DNA of 63,806 nt, counting the filler, from Octopus bimaculoides (Eukaryota), in NCBI RefSeq assembly GCF_001194135.2. It is 7 parts of 6 records of this genome, joined end to end, with 100 filler letters (N's around TTAATTAATTAA, not from the genome) between each part and the next. Parts side by side here need not be neighbours in the genome. Positions count along the whole stretch, not along the records: positions 35,850 to 50,525 come from NC_069010.1; positions 50,626 to 59,278 come from NC_068983.1; positions 59,379 to 63,806 come from NC_068995.1; 4 more parts are not named here. One strand, given 5' to 3'. Position 1 is the first letter of the stretch. Each line of letters begins with the position of its first letter. The notes beneath the pieces were generated by a model. That model was not told the origin of the DNA, made no database searches, and saw only the letters and a list, made by a program, of their open reading frames with translations. Of the stretch, positions 47,554 to 60,609 are shown piece by piece. A program made the position numbers and the translations under genes.

Positions 47554-48578
47554 CAAGTATTTCTTAACCAGGCTCCATGTAAGATTTTTAATAGTAAATT
47601 AGGTATCCACAATAGTATATTGAGGGCTTCTATTCTGAAAAGATTTTGCATTAGATAATTCGACGACTGGCACACATGCCACAACGTCGTCTCCTTCATT
47701 GGACACGAAACTCAGCTTGCGAAGACTTATTTGAGCAAGCGAAAGCGAAATCGTGGTGGCACCTGTGCCCAGCGTCGCCTTTCTGGCACTTGTGCCCGCG
47801 GCATGTGTAAGGACTTTCGAGCGAGATCGTTGCCAGTGCCCCTTGACTGGCTCTTGTGCGGGTGGCACATAAAATACACCATTTTGAGCGTGGCCGTTGC
47901 CAGTACCGCCTGACTGGCCTTCGTAGGACTTTCGAGCGAGATCGTTGCCAGTGCCCTTGGACTGGCCTTCGTGCGGGTGACACGTAAAAGCACCCACTAC
48001 ACTCTCGGAGTGGTTGGCGTTAGGAAGGGCATCCAGCTGTAGAANNNNNNNNNNCCCGCGGCATGTGTAAGGACTTTCGAGCGAGATCGTTGCCAGTGCC
48101 CCTTGACTGGCTCTTGTGCGGGTGGCACATAAAATACACCATTTTGAGCGTGGCCGTTGCCAGTACCGCCTGACTGGCCTTCGTAGGACTTTCGAGCGAG
48201 ATCGTTGCCAGTGCCCTTGGACTGGCCTTCGTGCGGGTGACACGTAAAAGCACCCACTACACTCTCGGAGTGGTTGGCGTTAGGAAGGGCATCCAGCTGT
48301 AGAAACTCTGCCAAATCAGATTGGAGCCTGGTGTAGCCATCTGGTTTCACCAGTCCTCAGTCAAATCGTCCAACCCATGCTAGCATGGAAAGCGGACGTT
48401 AAACGACGACGACGACGTGTGTATTGCAAGAAATAGGTTTTTTTCTCAAAAAACAAAATAAGAATTTCGAAAGAAGTTTCTATAAAACTAGTTTTAAAAA
48501 CATCTGACGGCTATGGGGGGTCCACCAGAATAAAATAGTAATCAAAGGGGTCCATAGATAAGAAATGACAGAGATCCT
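47554..48578. mobile_element. Degenerate hAT MITE (family of 8832-9417) split by a family N SINE
   Basis: Left and right halves match the 8832 element on either side of the SINE. Confidence 0.45.
47657..48417 (+). mobile_element. Long family N SINE (includes a 250-bp assembly duplication)
   Basis: Tandem GCCAGT..ACTGGC units, Nin/Deu-like motif and GGACGTTAAAC(GAC)n tail. Confidence 0.8.
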
Positions 48579-49361
48579 CCGATTTAAACTGTTCATATCT
48601 GGCCCAGCCAAATCAAACCCTTCACACAATGTCGTTAATGCTAAGAAACGATCGCATCATTGAAATGGCAACAGCTTAACTGTTTCACCCGTTTTATCTT
48701 CAAACTGGCCGGATCTGGCCTCGTAAACCTACCCTACAATGTCGTTCTAAAAATAAAACAATCACATCATCAAAATCGTGAAGCTACAAGGATAATTCCT
48801 GCCGATGTTGTTCACACATAAAATACAGAACGTGAACGTGAAAATGAAAAGGATGCATTTACGAAGAAAACAGAAAATAACAGAGAGAAAAGCAAAACCA
48901 AGTCCAAAAGTCTCTATCTTATCCGATATATGAATGAAATTTAACAGACACACATATGGATGCACACATGCTTACATAATAAGCATGCACACACATACGA
49001 GCGTGCACACACTCACATGCTCATACGGGACAATTTCAACGCTGAATCGTACATTCAAAATAAATGGAAGTGGAGAGACGGGTTACTGAGGAGATTGCAA
49101 GAGTGCAACGAAATGATCTAACAAACAAAAAAAAAAAACGGTAGAGATGGACTATATGTAATCTGAACCTTTCCCCCACTTATTTATTAATTTTTTTTAN
49201 NNNNNNNNNNNNNNNNNNNNNNNNNNNNNNNNNNNNNNNNNNNNNNNNNNNNNNNNNNNNNNNNNNNNNNNNNNNNNNNNNNNNNNNNNNNNNNNNNNNN
49301 NNNNNNNNNNNNNNNNNNNNNNNNNNNNNNNNNNNNNNNNNNNNNNNNNNNNNNNNNNNNN

Positions 49362-49515
49362 GTGTCACGCTGAATATCCCCCGAGAACTACGTTAAGGGT
49401 ACACGTGTCTGTGGAGTGCTCAGCCACTTGCACGTTAATTTCACGAGCAGGCTGTTCCGTTGATCGGATCAACTGGAACCCTCGTCGTCGTAAGCGACGG
49501 AAGTGCCAACAACAA
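49362..49515 (+). mobile_element. Family O SINE 3' part
   Basis: Matches 63020-63316; ends AGTGCCAACAACAA. Confidence 0.8.
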
Positions 49516-49930
49516 TGCTTCTCCCAAGGTTTAATAGTTTGACGAAATACATGTACGTAAATTCTGCCGCAAGACAAAACATGAGTTGCTCCCCCTTCGT
49601 ATATAATAGTTTCAACCACGTATCTCTGGAAGTAATTTAACTCATTTAAAATTTCTTTATTCATTCGACAATATCTTTTTTGTGTAGCCAATCCCTTACA
49701 ATCGTCTATTAAATGGGAACTAGCAGAAGCGGTGTGACATTAGTTGATGGTCTTAACTTTGTTTATAGGATATATATATATATATATAAAAGGGTAGCAA
49801 AATCTATACAGAGTTATATTACCAGTGGCCTAGCATGTAAAAAAGTCAATAGACAGCATATTCCATATAAAGTGTACGAGAAATTACCTATAACAGGTAA
49901 ATTCTACATGCTAGAAAACGACCGAAAACC

Positions 49931-50020
49931 ACAAAGCAAAACATTTCAAAGGGAAGAAGAAATAAAAACTTTTATGTAAACGTTTTTATTTTTTCTTCCC
50001 TTTGAAATGTTTTACTTTGT
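49931..50020. repeat. 39-bp inverted repeat with a 12-nt loop
   Basis: ACAAAG(C/T)AAAACATTTCAAAGGGAAGAA(G/A)AAATAAAAAC, 2 mismatches. Confidence 0.9.
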
Positions 50021-50667
50021 TTATAGGATAGATAGAAACTGCGGTAAATGTTTATATTAACATAAAAATACAATGAAAAAATATACTGGAAATATTAGAA
50101 ATAGAGAATATAAGCAAAGAGCACATACTGTACAGGAAAATTCATCTGTGTGTAAAATATTCCGTGAGCATTGCCGTACTTCTGATCCGTCAAAACCAGA
50201 AGTTTACACCAGCCACTAAATTCTCAAACTTCTACACGGTCGTTAATTGCAGAAATTTCATCTAGTTTAGATGATAATGCATTGTCAATGATGCCCGATG
50301 TCATCGCATTTGTCTCACAATATTAGAGGCTGGAGGCAGAAGAAAAGCACCCCCGATTCCAAATAGAAGAAGTGGGTAGGTAATTGTTGGCACTCCGTCG
50401 CTTACGACGTCGAGGGTTCCAGTTGATCCGATCAACGGAACAGCCTGCTCGTGAAATTAACGTGACCGATAGAATAAGTACTAGAACCATCCATAACTTG
50501 CAGTAAGCAACATTTATTAAAATAANNNNNNNNNNNNNNNNNNNNNNNNNNNNNNNNNNNNNNNNNNNNTTAATTAATTAANNNNNNNNNNNNNNNNNNN
50601 NNNNNNNNNNNNNNNNNNNNNNNNNAGCAAACTTATTTTTGTTTTTGGAAGCGTGGAATATTTTTCG

Positions 50668-50994
50668 TATTATACAGACAAGAAAGTAATATTTCGAACG
50701 CAGGATAGCCATGAAAACAGCAGAAAGATTGGGTATTTCACCTTTATAAGACAGAAAAAGTTTGCAATACATTGTTGCATTCCAAAGAAGCTTTGATATT
50801 TAGCATTTAACTTGACAAGCATTGTTGTCAATAGGCAGTTTGGCTTAATGGTAGAGTTCTGAGTGGTGTGGGTTCAAGTCCAGTGGCTGTTGGCTGATAA
50901 TTTTTTTCCATCTTGTAAGGGTAAAATACTCAATCTTTCTGCTGTTTTCATGGTTATACTGGTTTCGAAATATTACTTTCTTGTCTGTATAATA
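50668..50994. mobile_element. MITE with about 90-bp TIRs enclosing a tRNA-like module
   Basis: TATTATACAGACAAGAAAGTAATATTTCGAA.. at both ends; A-box and B-box-like words at 50841-50881. Confidence 0.7.
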
Positions 50995-52882
50995 TATATA
51001 TATATATAAATGTGTGTGTGTTTAGTAAAAACCTCATAATGTGCATATGTCTTTATTTGGCTACTACATGTTATCTTACAGTAGGGTATATTCCAGGGCT
51101 GGATACACATCTGGAACTCCTCCTTGCATAAGATTAATACAAGAATAATCTAACATGAGGATAGAGGATGCCAGGCTTTAAATAGTAGGTCACAACGTTT
51201 GTTTTTGCACTGCAAGGCAGCTTAAAGTTGCTGAATTATATTCATATACCATTATACAAGCTCATTCTTTATGATATAGCTGAATATTTTCTTCACTATT
51301 ATATAGTTGAATATTTTTCAGTACAATCCTGATATCCTCTATCCCCATGTTATATTATTCTTATATAATTTTACATATAAGTATAGTATAGTTTATATAA
51401 TATACATATATGTGTGTATGTGTGTGTGTACACATGCATACATATGTATGTGTGTGAGTATGCTTGTATGCATATATATTTGCATGTATTCATATTTATA
51501 TGTTTTTGTATGAGTAGGCACATGTGCTTAAGTACAAGAGCTCAAGATCGGCAACTCTCATCATTTACATATATATATATATATATANNNNNNNNNNNNN
51601 NNNNNNNNNNNNNNNNNNNNNNNNNNNNNNNNNNNNNNNNNNNNNNNNNNNNNNNNNNNNNNNNNNNNNNNNNNNNNNNNNNNNNNNNNNNNNNNNNNNN
51701 NNNNNNNNNNNNNNNNNNNNNNNNNNNNNNNNNNNNNNNNNNNNNNNNNNNNNNNNNNNNNNNNNNNNNNNNNNNNNNNNNNNNNNNNNNNNNNNNNNNN
51801 NNNNNNNNNNNNNNNNNNNNNNNNNNNNNNNNNNNNNNNNNNNNNNNNNNNNNNNNNNNNNNNNNNNNNNNNNNNNNNNNNNNNNNNNNNNNNNNNNNNN
51901 NNNNNNNNNNNNNNNNNNNNNNNNNNNNNNNNNNNNNNNNNNNNNNNNNNNNNNNNNNNNNNNNNNNNNNNNNNNNNNNNNNNNNNNNNNNNNNNNNNNN
52001 NNNNNNNNNNNNNNNNNNNNNNNNNNNNNNNNNNNNNNNNNNNNNNNNNNNNNNNNNNNNNNNNNNNNNNNNNNNNNNNNNNNNNNNNNNNNNNNNNNNN
52101 NNNNNNNNNNNNNNNNNNNNNNNNNNNNNNNNNNNNNNNNNNNNNNNNNNNNNNNNNNNNNNNNNNNNNNNNNNNNNNNNNNNNNTATACATATATATAT
52201 ATATATAATCAATCTCCTTGCTCCATTCACTTTCTTCCTAATAGATTTTCTGGGCTATTTTGCACTTTGCAACATCTTCAATTGAAGTGATTTTCTCTGA
52301 AAACGAATAATCCAAGAAAAACTTGAATGCACATAAACACAGGCATCAGTGTAATTAACAATGCTCATGGCTATCTCAATATTGCACCTGTCTTCAGGTG
52401 TAGCTTGAATAACAAAAAAACGTTACAATACTTTCAAGATTGTTTTCAAAAATACATTTCCAAACAAGAATATATAAAACAAGCCCTTAGCCTGAACAAG
52501 TTTATTTGTTGGTTGAGAACGTTTCAAAGAGTTAGTGTATTAGACTATATATGCTGCAGAAATTCCCTAATTTAAAATACAAACACACACACATAACATA
52601 TACAGCACACCTCTCCATTAATTACTTAATATTACAGATTATTATACATGGAGCGTTACAGTATTGGAAGTATTTTTGTATGTATGTGCACACATATATG
52701 TGTGGAGGAGGAGTACATTCATGCACGTATGCATATATATATATATATATATATCCATATATGTGTGTGTATGTGTGTATATTATATATATACATGTTTA
52801 TACATACACGTGTATATGTATATATTTATGTACATATGCACATATATATATATATGTGTGTATATGTACATACCTATATGTG

Positions 52883-52935
<53 letters not shown>

Positions 52936-53679
52936 NNNNNNNNNNNNNNNNNNNNNNNNNNNNNNNNNNNNNNNNNNNNNNNNNNNNNNNNNNNNNNNNN
53001 NNNNNNNNNNNNNNNNNNNNNNNNNNNNNNNNNNNNNNNNNNNNNNNNNNNNNNNNNNNNNNNNNNNNNNNNNNNNNNNNNNNNNNNNNNNNNNNNNNNN
53101 NNNNNNNNNNNNNNNNNNNNNNNNNNNNNNNNNNNNNNNNNNNNNNNNNNNNNNNNNNNNNNNNNNNNNNNNNNNNNNNNNNNNNNNNNNNNNNNNNNNN
53201 NNNNNNNNNNNNNNNNNNNNNNNNNNNNNNNNNNNNNNNNNNNNNNNNNNNNNNNNNNNNNNNNNNNNNNNNNNNNNNNNNNNNNNNNNNNNNNNNNNNN
53301 NNNNNNNNNNNNNNNNNNNNNNNNNNNNNNNNNNNNNNNNNNNNNNNNNNNNNNNNNNNNNNNNNNNNNNNNNNNNNNNNNNNNNNNNNNNNNNNNNNNN
53401 NNNNNNNNNNNNNNNNNNNNNNNNNNNNNNNNNNNNNNNNNNNNNNNNNNNNNNNNNNNNNNNNNNNNNNNNNNNNNNNNNNNNNNNNNNNNNNNNNNNN
53501 NNNNNNNNNNNNNNNNNNNNNNNNNNNNNNNNNNNNNNNNNNNNNNNNNNNNNNNNNNNNNNNNNNNNNNNNNNNNNNNNNNNNNNNNNNNNNNNNNNNN
53601 NNNNNNNNNNNNNNNNNNNNNNNNNNNNNNNNNNNNNNNNNNNNNNNNNNNNNNNNNTATATTGTCATAGTGTTTTCTC

Positions 53680-53930
53680 AGCAGAGATATTGTGGTGGTT
53701 TGCCATTGCCTTCCCCAACTGGATGGCAGTTGGCCCACAAGGAACTCATCTGTCCTTTAATAGATCTTGTTTTTAATCCTACTGGGTGTCCAAACACCCT
53801 TCTCACAAGAGTAGCAAGCTACTCAAGTAGGGGAGCTGGCTTAGTCCCCAATCACTTGACCATGGAACAGGTAGTACTGGTTTATATGGTACCAGGAGCA
53901 AGCCTCATCAGCCTGTGATGAGATCTCTGA
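53680..53930 (-). mobile_element. RTE-type 5' region or related SINE remnant
   Basis: GGGGAAGGCAATGGCAAACCACC motif (53694-53716, minus strand), typical of RTE/BovB-related repeats. Confidence 0.4.
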
Positions 53931-54249
53931 CCTGACTTAATCCTCAATTCTACTGACACCAAATGTCATTACAGCTGAATTTACTCCTGCAATGCTGCAA
54001 TGCCACCTCATGCATATGCACAACTATGCTTCTTTTGGTCTTGATGATATTATTTATCTACTTCTGAAATGCAAGAGGGTTTTTTCCACTGCACCAGATT
54101 TCACTACTTTCACCCATTCTGCCTTAATTACTGTGTTACACCATGCACAGTGGAAAATTGCCAGTGTTACTCTCTGTTCAGAAAGGGCAACAGTATATCA
54201 TCTTACTATTTTTAAATCTCACAACGTGAGATATTCAGCAACAGCACTT

Positions 54250-54508
54250 TGTAGTAAAAGTTGTTTGCCAATATAACATGTCAGCCCTGGTTTAGTATTA
54301 ATGTTGCTGTAATTTAGCCCCAGGAGACATATTCTCCAGCTTGCTACATGACACGATCTGTATCCTTCCATTTCCCTTGTTCGAAAATGTAAGGACACTG
54401 ATCATGTTGTGTAGTAAGCTGGAGAAAATGTCTCTTGGGGCTAAATTACAGCAACATTAGTCCTAAACCAGGGCTGCCATGTTATGTTGGCAAACAATCT
54501 TTACTACA
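54250..54508. repeat. Long imperfect palindrome, about 124-bp arms and an 11-nt loop
   Basis: TTGTTTGCCAA..CAGCCCTGGTTTAG..TTTAGCCCCA..CTCCAGCTT present on both arms. Confidence 0.85.
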
Positions 54509-55276
54509 GTATATTATCTGTCAGTTACTGTCCAGTCAGTCTCACTAGCTGTATGCTCAGACTTATTGGACCACAGAATAAATTACCCTCATCAGTTGTT
54601 AGCTGTCAGGACACTGCATGTTTCAAAATTTACAAACACTATTCCAAACATACCCATGCATCCTTCCTTTTTCATGGCTCCTTTACCATTTGCTTTTCTG
54701 TCTTTTAGTGTTCCTTATGTGTACTGTGCATGTACTTCTAGCTTTCATTGCTACTTTCTTTATTTTACTTATATGGCCTATCATATATATATATATANNN
54801 NNNNNNNNNNNNNNNNNNNNNNNNNNNNNNNNNNNNNNNNNNNNNNNNNNNNNNNNNNNNNNNNNNNNNNNNNNNNNNNNNNNNNNNNNNNNNNNNNNNN
54901 NNNNNNNNNNNNNNNNNNNNNNNNNNNNNNNNNNNNNNNNNNNNNNNNNNNNNNNNNNNNNNNNNNNNNNNNNNNNNNNNNNNNNNNNNNNNNNNNNNNN
55001 NNNNNNNNNNNNNNNNNNNNNNNNNNNNNNNNNNNNNNNNNNNNNNNNNNNNNNNNNNNNNNNNNNNNNNNNNNNNNNNNNNNNNNNNNNNNNNNNNNNN
55101 NNNNNNNNNNNNNNNNNNNNNNNNNNNNNNNNNNNNNNNNNNNNNNNNNNNNNNNNNNNNNNNNNNNNNNNNNNNNNNNNNNNNNNNNNNNNNNNNNNNN
55201 NNNNNNNNNNNNNNNNNNNNNNNNNNNNNNNNNNNNNNNNNNNNNNNNNNNNNNNNNNNNNNNNNNNNNNNNNNNN

Positions 55277-55321
<45 letters not shown>

Positions 55322-56106
55322 GCATATATATATTCATGCATATATGTACATATATATATATATATTCATGCATATATGTACATATATATATATGTATACA
55401 TACATACATATATACATACATACACATATATTTATATATACATACACATGCATATATGTACATACATATACATATATAATATATACATATATACATATAC
55501 ATATATAATATATACATATATACATATATATATACAAATATATACATATACATACATACATACATGTGTGTGTGTGTGTGTGTGTGCATGCACACATGCA
55601 TTTGTGTGTATCTGTGCGTATATCATGCAGAATCAATAATACCAGGAGCCACAATGAAGTGCTAATCGTAATCAATACACAAATGTACACTCACTCACAT
55701 ATATTCTCATGTACCCACTATACACCCACTTTCAGACAGATATTTCAAAAAATATATTGAAGAGTATCTAAACACAGAGAGATGAAAAACACAAGAACAT
55801 TTCAATGTGTGTTTTATGTTGGAGGCAATAACCAGAGTAAATGCTATTAATACTTGAACCAATTCCATCTTTACTCAATGATAATATATAGAAAAGTCAG
55901 TGATCTTCATATCACTAAGTGACTGTGTCTGGAAGCATTCTTGCAAAATACAATGCAAGTATGACCAGATGTTTAAGAATCTGTTTCAGACTAGTGAGGT
56001 ATTAGGTTCAAACCTATTACATGCAGCATGTTGGATTAGAGTATTATACAATAGACTTCGGTTGATAAAAGCCTTGTGATAGAAATAAGAGTAAGCTTGC
56101 ATTTTA

Positions 56107-56640
56107 ATGGTTAGGGTATTCGGCTCATGATTGTAAGGTCATGAGTTCGATTTCCAGTGGCACATTGTGTCCTTGAGCAAGACACTCTATTTTCACGTTG
56201 CTCCAGTCTACTCAACTGGCAAAAGTTAGTTGTACCTATAAATGGATAAGTCTTCTCACATTTGTTGTGTCATGTGGAACCTCAGCCACTTGTATGTTAA
56301 TTTCACAGGCAAGCTGTTCATCATCATCATCATCATCATCATCGTTTAACATCTGCTTTCCATGCTAGCATGGGTTGGACAATTTGACTGAGGACTGGTG
56401 AACCAGATGGCTACACCAGGCTCCAATCTGATTTGGCAGAGTTTCTACAGCTGGATGCCCTTCCTAACACCAACCACTCTGAGAGTGTAGTAGGTGCTTT
56501 TACATGCCACCGGCACAAAGGCCAGTCAGGTGGTACTGGCAACGGCCATGCTCAAAATGGTGTATTTTACGTGCCACCTGCACCATTAATAAAAATCAAC
56601 TGGCACGCTTGTTGTCATAACTGACTGAGTGCTCCAGCCA
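56107..56640 (+). mobile_element. Degenerate tRNA-SINE interrupted by a minus-strand family N SINE (56319-56585)
   Basis: Head GGTTAGGGTATTCGGCTC..GAGTTCGATT; family O-like tail pieces on both sides of the N copy. Confidence 0.6.
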
Positions 56641-56960
56641 GAAATGTTTGAGGGTTACTCAGCTACTTACACAATTAGGTTGTTTCCTTAATAGAATACT
56701 GAAAGAATCAATTATCATGAACAGTTTTTACGATGCTGGGGCAGTGGGTGCAACTACTGTCCATACGGTAAATTTGGTCCGATTTTGTTAAAGGAGCTTC
56801 TGATGAATGAATTGTCCAGCAGTTGTGTGTTAACATTTTTTTATACAGTTTCTTATGATTTAGGTAGAGTAATTTGAATTGATGTAGTCAATTTTATATC
56901 TGTGTGTGTAAGAGAGAGAGAATGAGAGAGGGAGAGAGAGAACGAGAGAGAGAGAGAGAG

Positions 56961-57000
<40 letters not shown>

Positions 57001-57289
57001 TTTGTGTGTGTGTGTACGTGTGTGTGTGTGTGTGTTGCCCTCCGCCACCACCACCACTACTCTCTTCTTCATCCCTCTGTCTTCCCCAGATCATGGTTAT
57101 TAATTCATCCTTCGACCATCGGCCATTTTGGCAATCTACATCCCAATGTGAAAGGCACATAGCTTAATGGCGAGTGAATTTGGCTCATGATCAAAAGGTT
57201 GTAAGTTTGATTCCTGATGGCATATTGTGTTTTATTTCTCATTGCTCCAGTCTACACAACTAGTAAAAATAACAAAATTCATCTATAAA

Positions 57290-57900
57290 ACTGGAATATG
57301 AAAGGTTGAGTATGAAAGCGAAAAGAGGGGTGTATGGGGGTGTGATTGGGGCTGAGAGAGGCAGGAAGGAGGTGACTAGATGTGTTTGAGATGAGATGTT
57401 TGTGGGTTACAGTTGGTGTGACACGGATGGACAGGATGAGGAATGAAGAGGTGCAAAGGCAAGCAGGAATGAGAGAAAAACTAACAACCAAAATGGATAG
57501 ACAAATGCTGAGGTGGTTTGGCCACATGGAGAAGATGGATGAGGAGGGTGATAAAGGCAGAAATGGTAGGCAGAAGAACCAGAGGCAGACCTCGGTTTGT
57601 GTGGATGGATGGAGTGAGGAAAGCTTTGGTGGTTAGAAGTGTTGGGGTTGAGAGAGGCAAGAGAGATTATAAATGATAGGAAAGCTTGGAGAGTGTTTGT
57701 GGATGGCTGAGTGAATTTGATGTTGCTCAAAGGGGTACGGAACCAGCACGATGCGGTGAGGGTAAATCAGCATATGCTGTCGGGCCCCGCTGTTGATATT
57801 GGGGGTTGTGTTCTATACCTTGACCCAAGCATAGAATGGGGATTGCCTCTTCGAACTGGGAAATGAATGGAATGCTTGGCGTGTGTCTTTTTTGTGGCTA
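57290..57900 (+). mobile_element. RTE-clade LINE 3' end
   Basis: FEMRCL..GVTRMDRMRNEEV..LRWFGHMEKM..RPR..W, then DRKAWRVFV. Confidence 0.75.
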
Positions 57901-59235
57901 TCCTCTCATAAAAAAATGGGGAATAGGCCTGGGTATATAAAAAAAAAAGCAATCTATGAAATTGGAATAACTGTACCCTCCATCCCTTTCTCGTAACTTA
58001 CACCTTCCAAACACATACTTCTTCATTTCTTCCCACAGCCTATACAACCATTTTCCCTGTTTAGCCACACTATACCAAATTCTCATTCACATTATTCCAT
58101 GTAACAAAGAAACAAAATGCTCCAAAACTATATAATACCAGAAAAAAATAATTAAACAGCTGTCTGATGACACCTGGTAAGTAAAGGTTTAGAAATTAAT
58201 ATGCACTCAATTAAAAAAATATTGAGTGAAACATCAGTTGAATATCAAATCCTATAAATGACCTCACATAAAAAGCATTAATACATATATACATGCATAC
58301 ATATGAATGTATGTATGTATATATTTATTATATATATATTTATTTATATACATATATACACACACACATGCACATACACACACACGCATGTATATCAAAG
58401 GGATGTGTTATAGTATTATTCTACATACACAAAAATAACCATACCAACAATCCAACATACATCCATCATCAGCTGCCCCACAGATATCATTATGGTTTCG
58501 ACACCTGGGCAGTACCATTCAATCCAGTGGTGTCAATACTAAAATAAATGTTGTTTGGGAATAAACATACCAAAGAAACTACAACTTTCAAACACGTTTA
58601 CCCTGTGTACAACAGTATCGGTAAATAAATTCAATATATATGTATATACTTGCTTTTAATCTTTTTTTAAGCCAAAACAATGCAAATTGTAAGGAATAAT
58701 ATTAGTCAATGGCTTGTACTTTCACCTTACGCTTCTTGTATTTTGGTATTTTCAATGTCAGTATCCCTTCTTCAGGAAATCTTTGTAGAAATGTTGTTGC
58801 AAATTCAGCTCATAAAACCATTTCTCTGAAGATTTCCCGAAGAAGGGGTCCCAACCACAAATACATGGTAAAAGTATAAACCATCAACTTGTATTATTTC
58901 TTATAACTTGCATTGTTTTGGTATTTAGAAAAAAACACGTGTGTGTGTGTGTGTGTGTGTGTGTGGTGCGCGTATGTGTGTGTGTATGTGTGTGTGTGTG
59001 CATACATATACATATATATAGATAGATACACATATAGATAAATAGATATGTATGTCTATATATATGGGTGTGTGCTTGATGCAACCCCAAACGACTGGTT
59101 CACCAGTCAGCATCATTAGACTGTGGCCAGCATAATGCAATAGGAGTTTTATTTGCATATTCAAAACGTTTCCTGTAAACAAATTAAAAAGATATATATG
59201 TGATGTATGTATGAATATATATATGTATATATATA

Positions 59236-59278
<43 letters not shown>

Positions 59279-59379
59279 NNNNNNNNNNNNNNNNNNNNNN
59301 NNNNNNNNNNNNNNNNNNNNNNTTAATTAATTAANNNNNNNNNNNNNNNNNNNNNNNNNNNNNNNNNNNNNNNNNNNNT

Positions 59380-59919
59380 AGTGGTGGTGGTAGTGGTGGT
59401 GGTGGCGGACGGTGCTAACGACGGTATCGAAAGGTGCTGATAGTAATGATGACGATGATGATGATGATGATGATGACGATGATGATGATGATGAAGATGA
59501 TGATGATGATGATGATGATGATGATCGTGATGGTGAAAACGAGGAAATATGAAAAAAAAAAAAAGATTATGGCATTAGAGAAGTAAGGAAATACATATTT
59601 AATACACACACACAACACACCCAAACAAAACTCCGACATCTACAACACACAACAACAACACCAACAACAACTACTACTATTGCTACTAATACTAACACTG
59701 CTATTATTCATACTACTACTACTACTACTACGACTGTTACAACGATAGCAGAGCAGCAACAAAAAGATGAGACCCAAACACGATGACAATCATGATGATG
59801 TTATCGTTGATGACGATGACGATGATGACGACGATGATGACGATGATGACGATGATGACGATGACGACGATGACGACGATGATGACGATGATGACGATGA
59901 TGACGATGATGATGATGAT

Positions 59920-59959
<40 letters not shown>

Positions 59960-59982
59960 ATGATGACGATGATGATGATGAT

Positions 59983-60013
<31 letters not shown>

Positions 60014-60119
60014 ATGATGACGATGACGACGATGATGACGATGACGACGATGATGACGATGATGACGATGATGATGATGATGACGATGATGACGATGATG
60101 GTGATGATGATGATGGTGG

Positions 60120-60152
<33 letters not shown>

Positions 60153-60460
60153 CGATGACGATGACGATGACGATGATGATGACGACGATGATGACGATGA
60201 CGACGATGATGACGATGATGACGATGATGACGACGACGATGAGGATGAAAACGTTTACATTGAATTGTAAAAAGAAAAAATGGTAGCAGTAGCAGCCGTA
60301 GCAGCAGCAGCAGTAGTAATAGTAGTAGTAGTAGTAGTGGAATAAGAAGAAAGAAAAAAAGAGAGAAAGAAAGAAAGAAAGGAAGGAAGGAAGGAAGGAA
60401 GGAAGAAAGAAAGAAGGAACGAAGGAGAAATAATGATGGCGGCGGCGGTGGTGGTGCATC
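59380..60460. repeat. Compound microsatellite cluster: (GGT), (GAT), (CAA), (CTA), long (GAC/GAT), (AGT/AGC), (AAAG/GAAG)
   Basis: Read directly; the GAC/GAT tract spans about 59809-60240. Confidence 0.9.
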
Positions 60461-60554
60461 TTAGAAAAAGAGAAAAAGAGAAAGAAGGAATTTAAGACGA
60501 AAGTCGCAGGATTCCGGTTCGAGTAATTACGAGGTAAATTTAATATTTATTGTC

Positions 60555-60609
<55 letters not shown>

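Noticed and set aside
47795-48304. Exact 250-bp tandem duplication (47795-48044 = 48055-48304)
   Set aside because: Identical copies separated by a 10-N gap; typical of unmerged contig overlap.
59737-60459. 240-aa Ile/Val-rich membrane-like ORF and the poly-Met/Thr frame
   Set aside because: Alternative frames of the GAT/GAC microsatellite.
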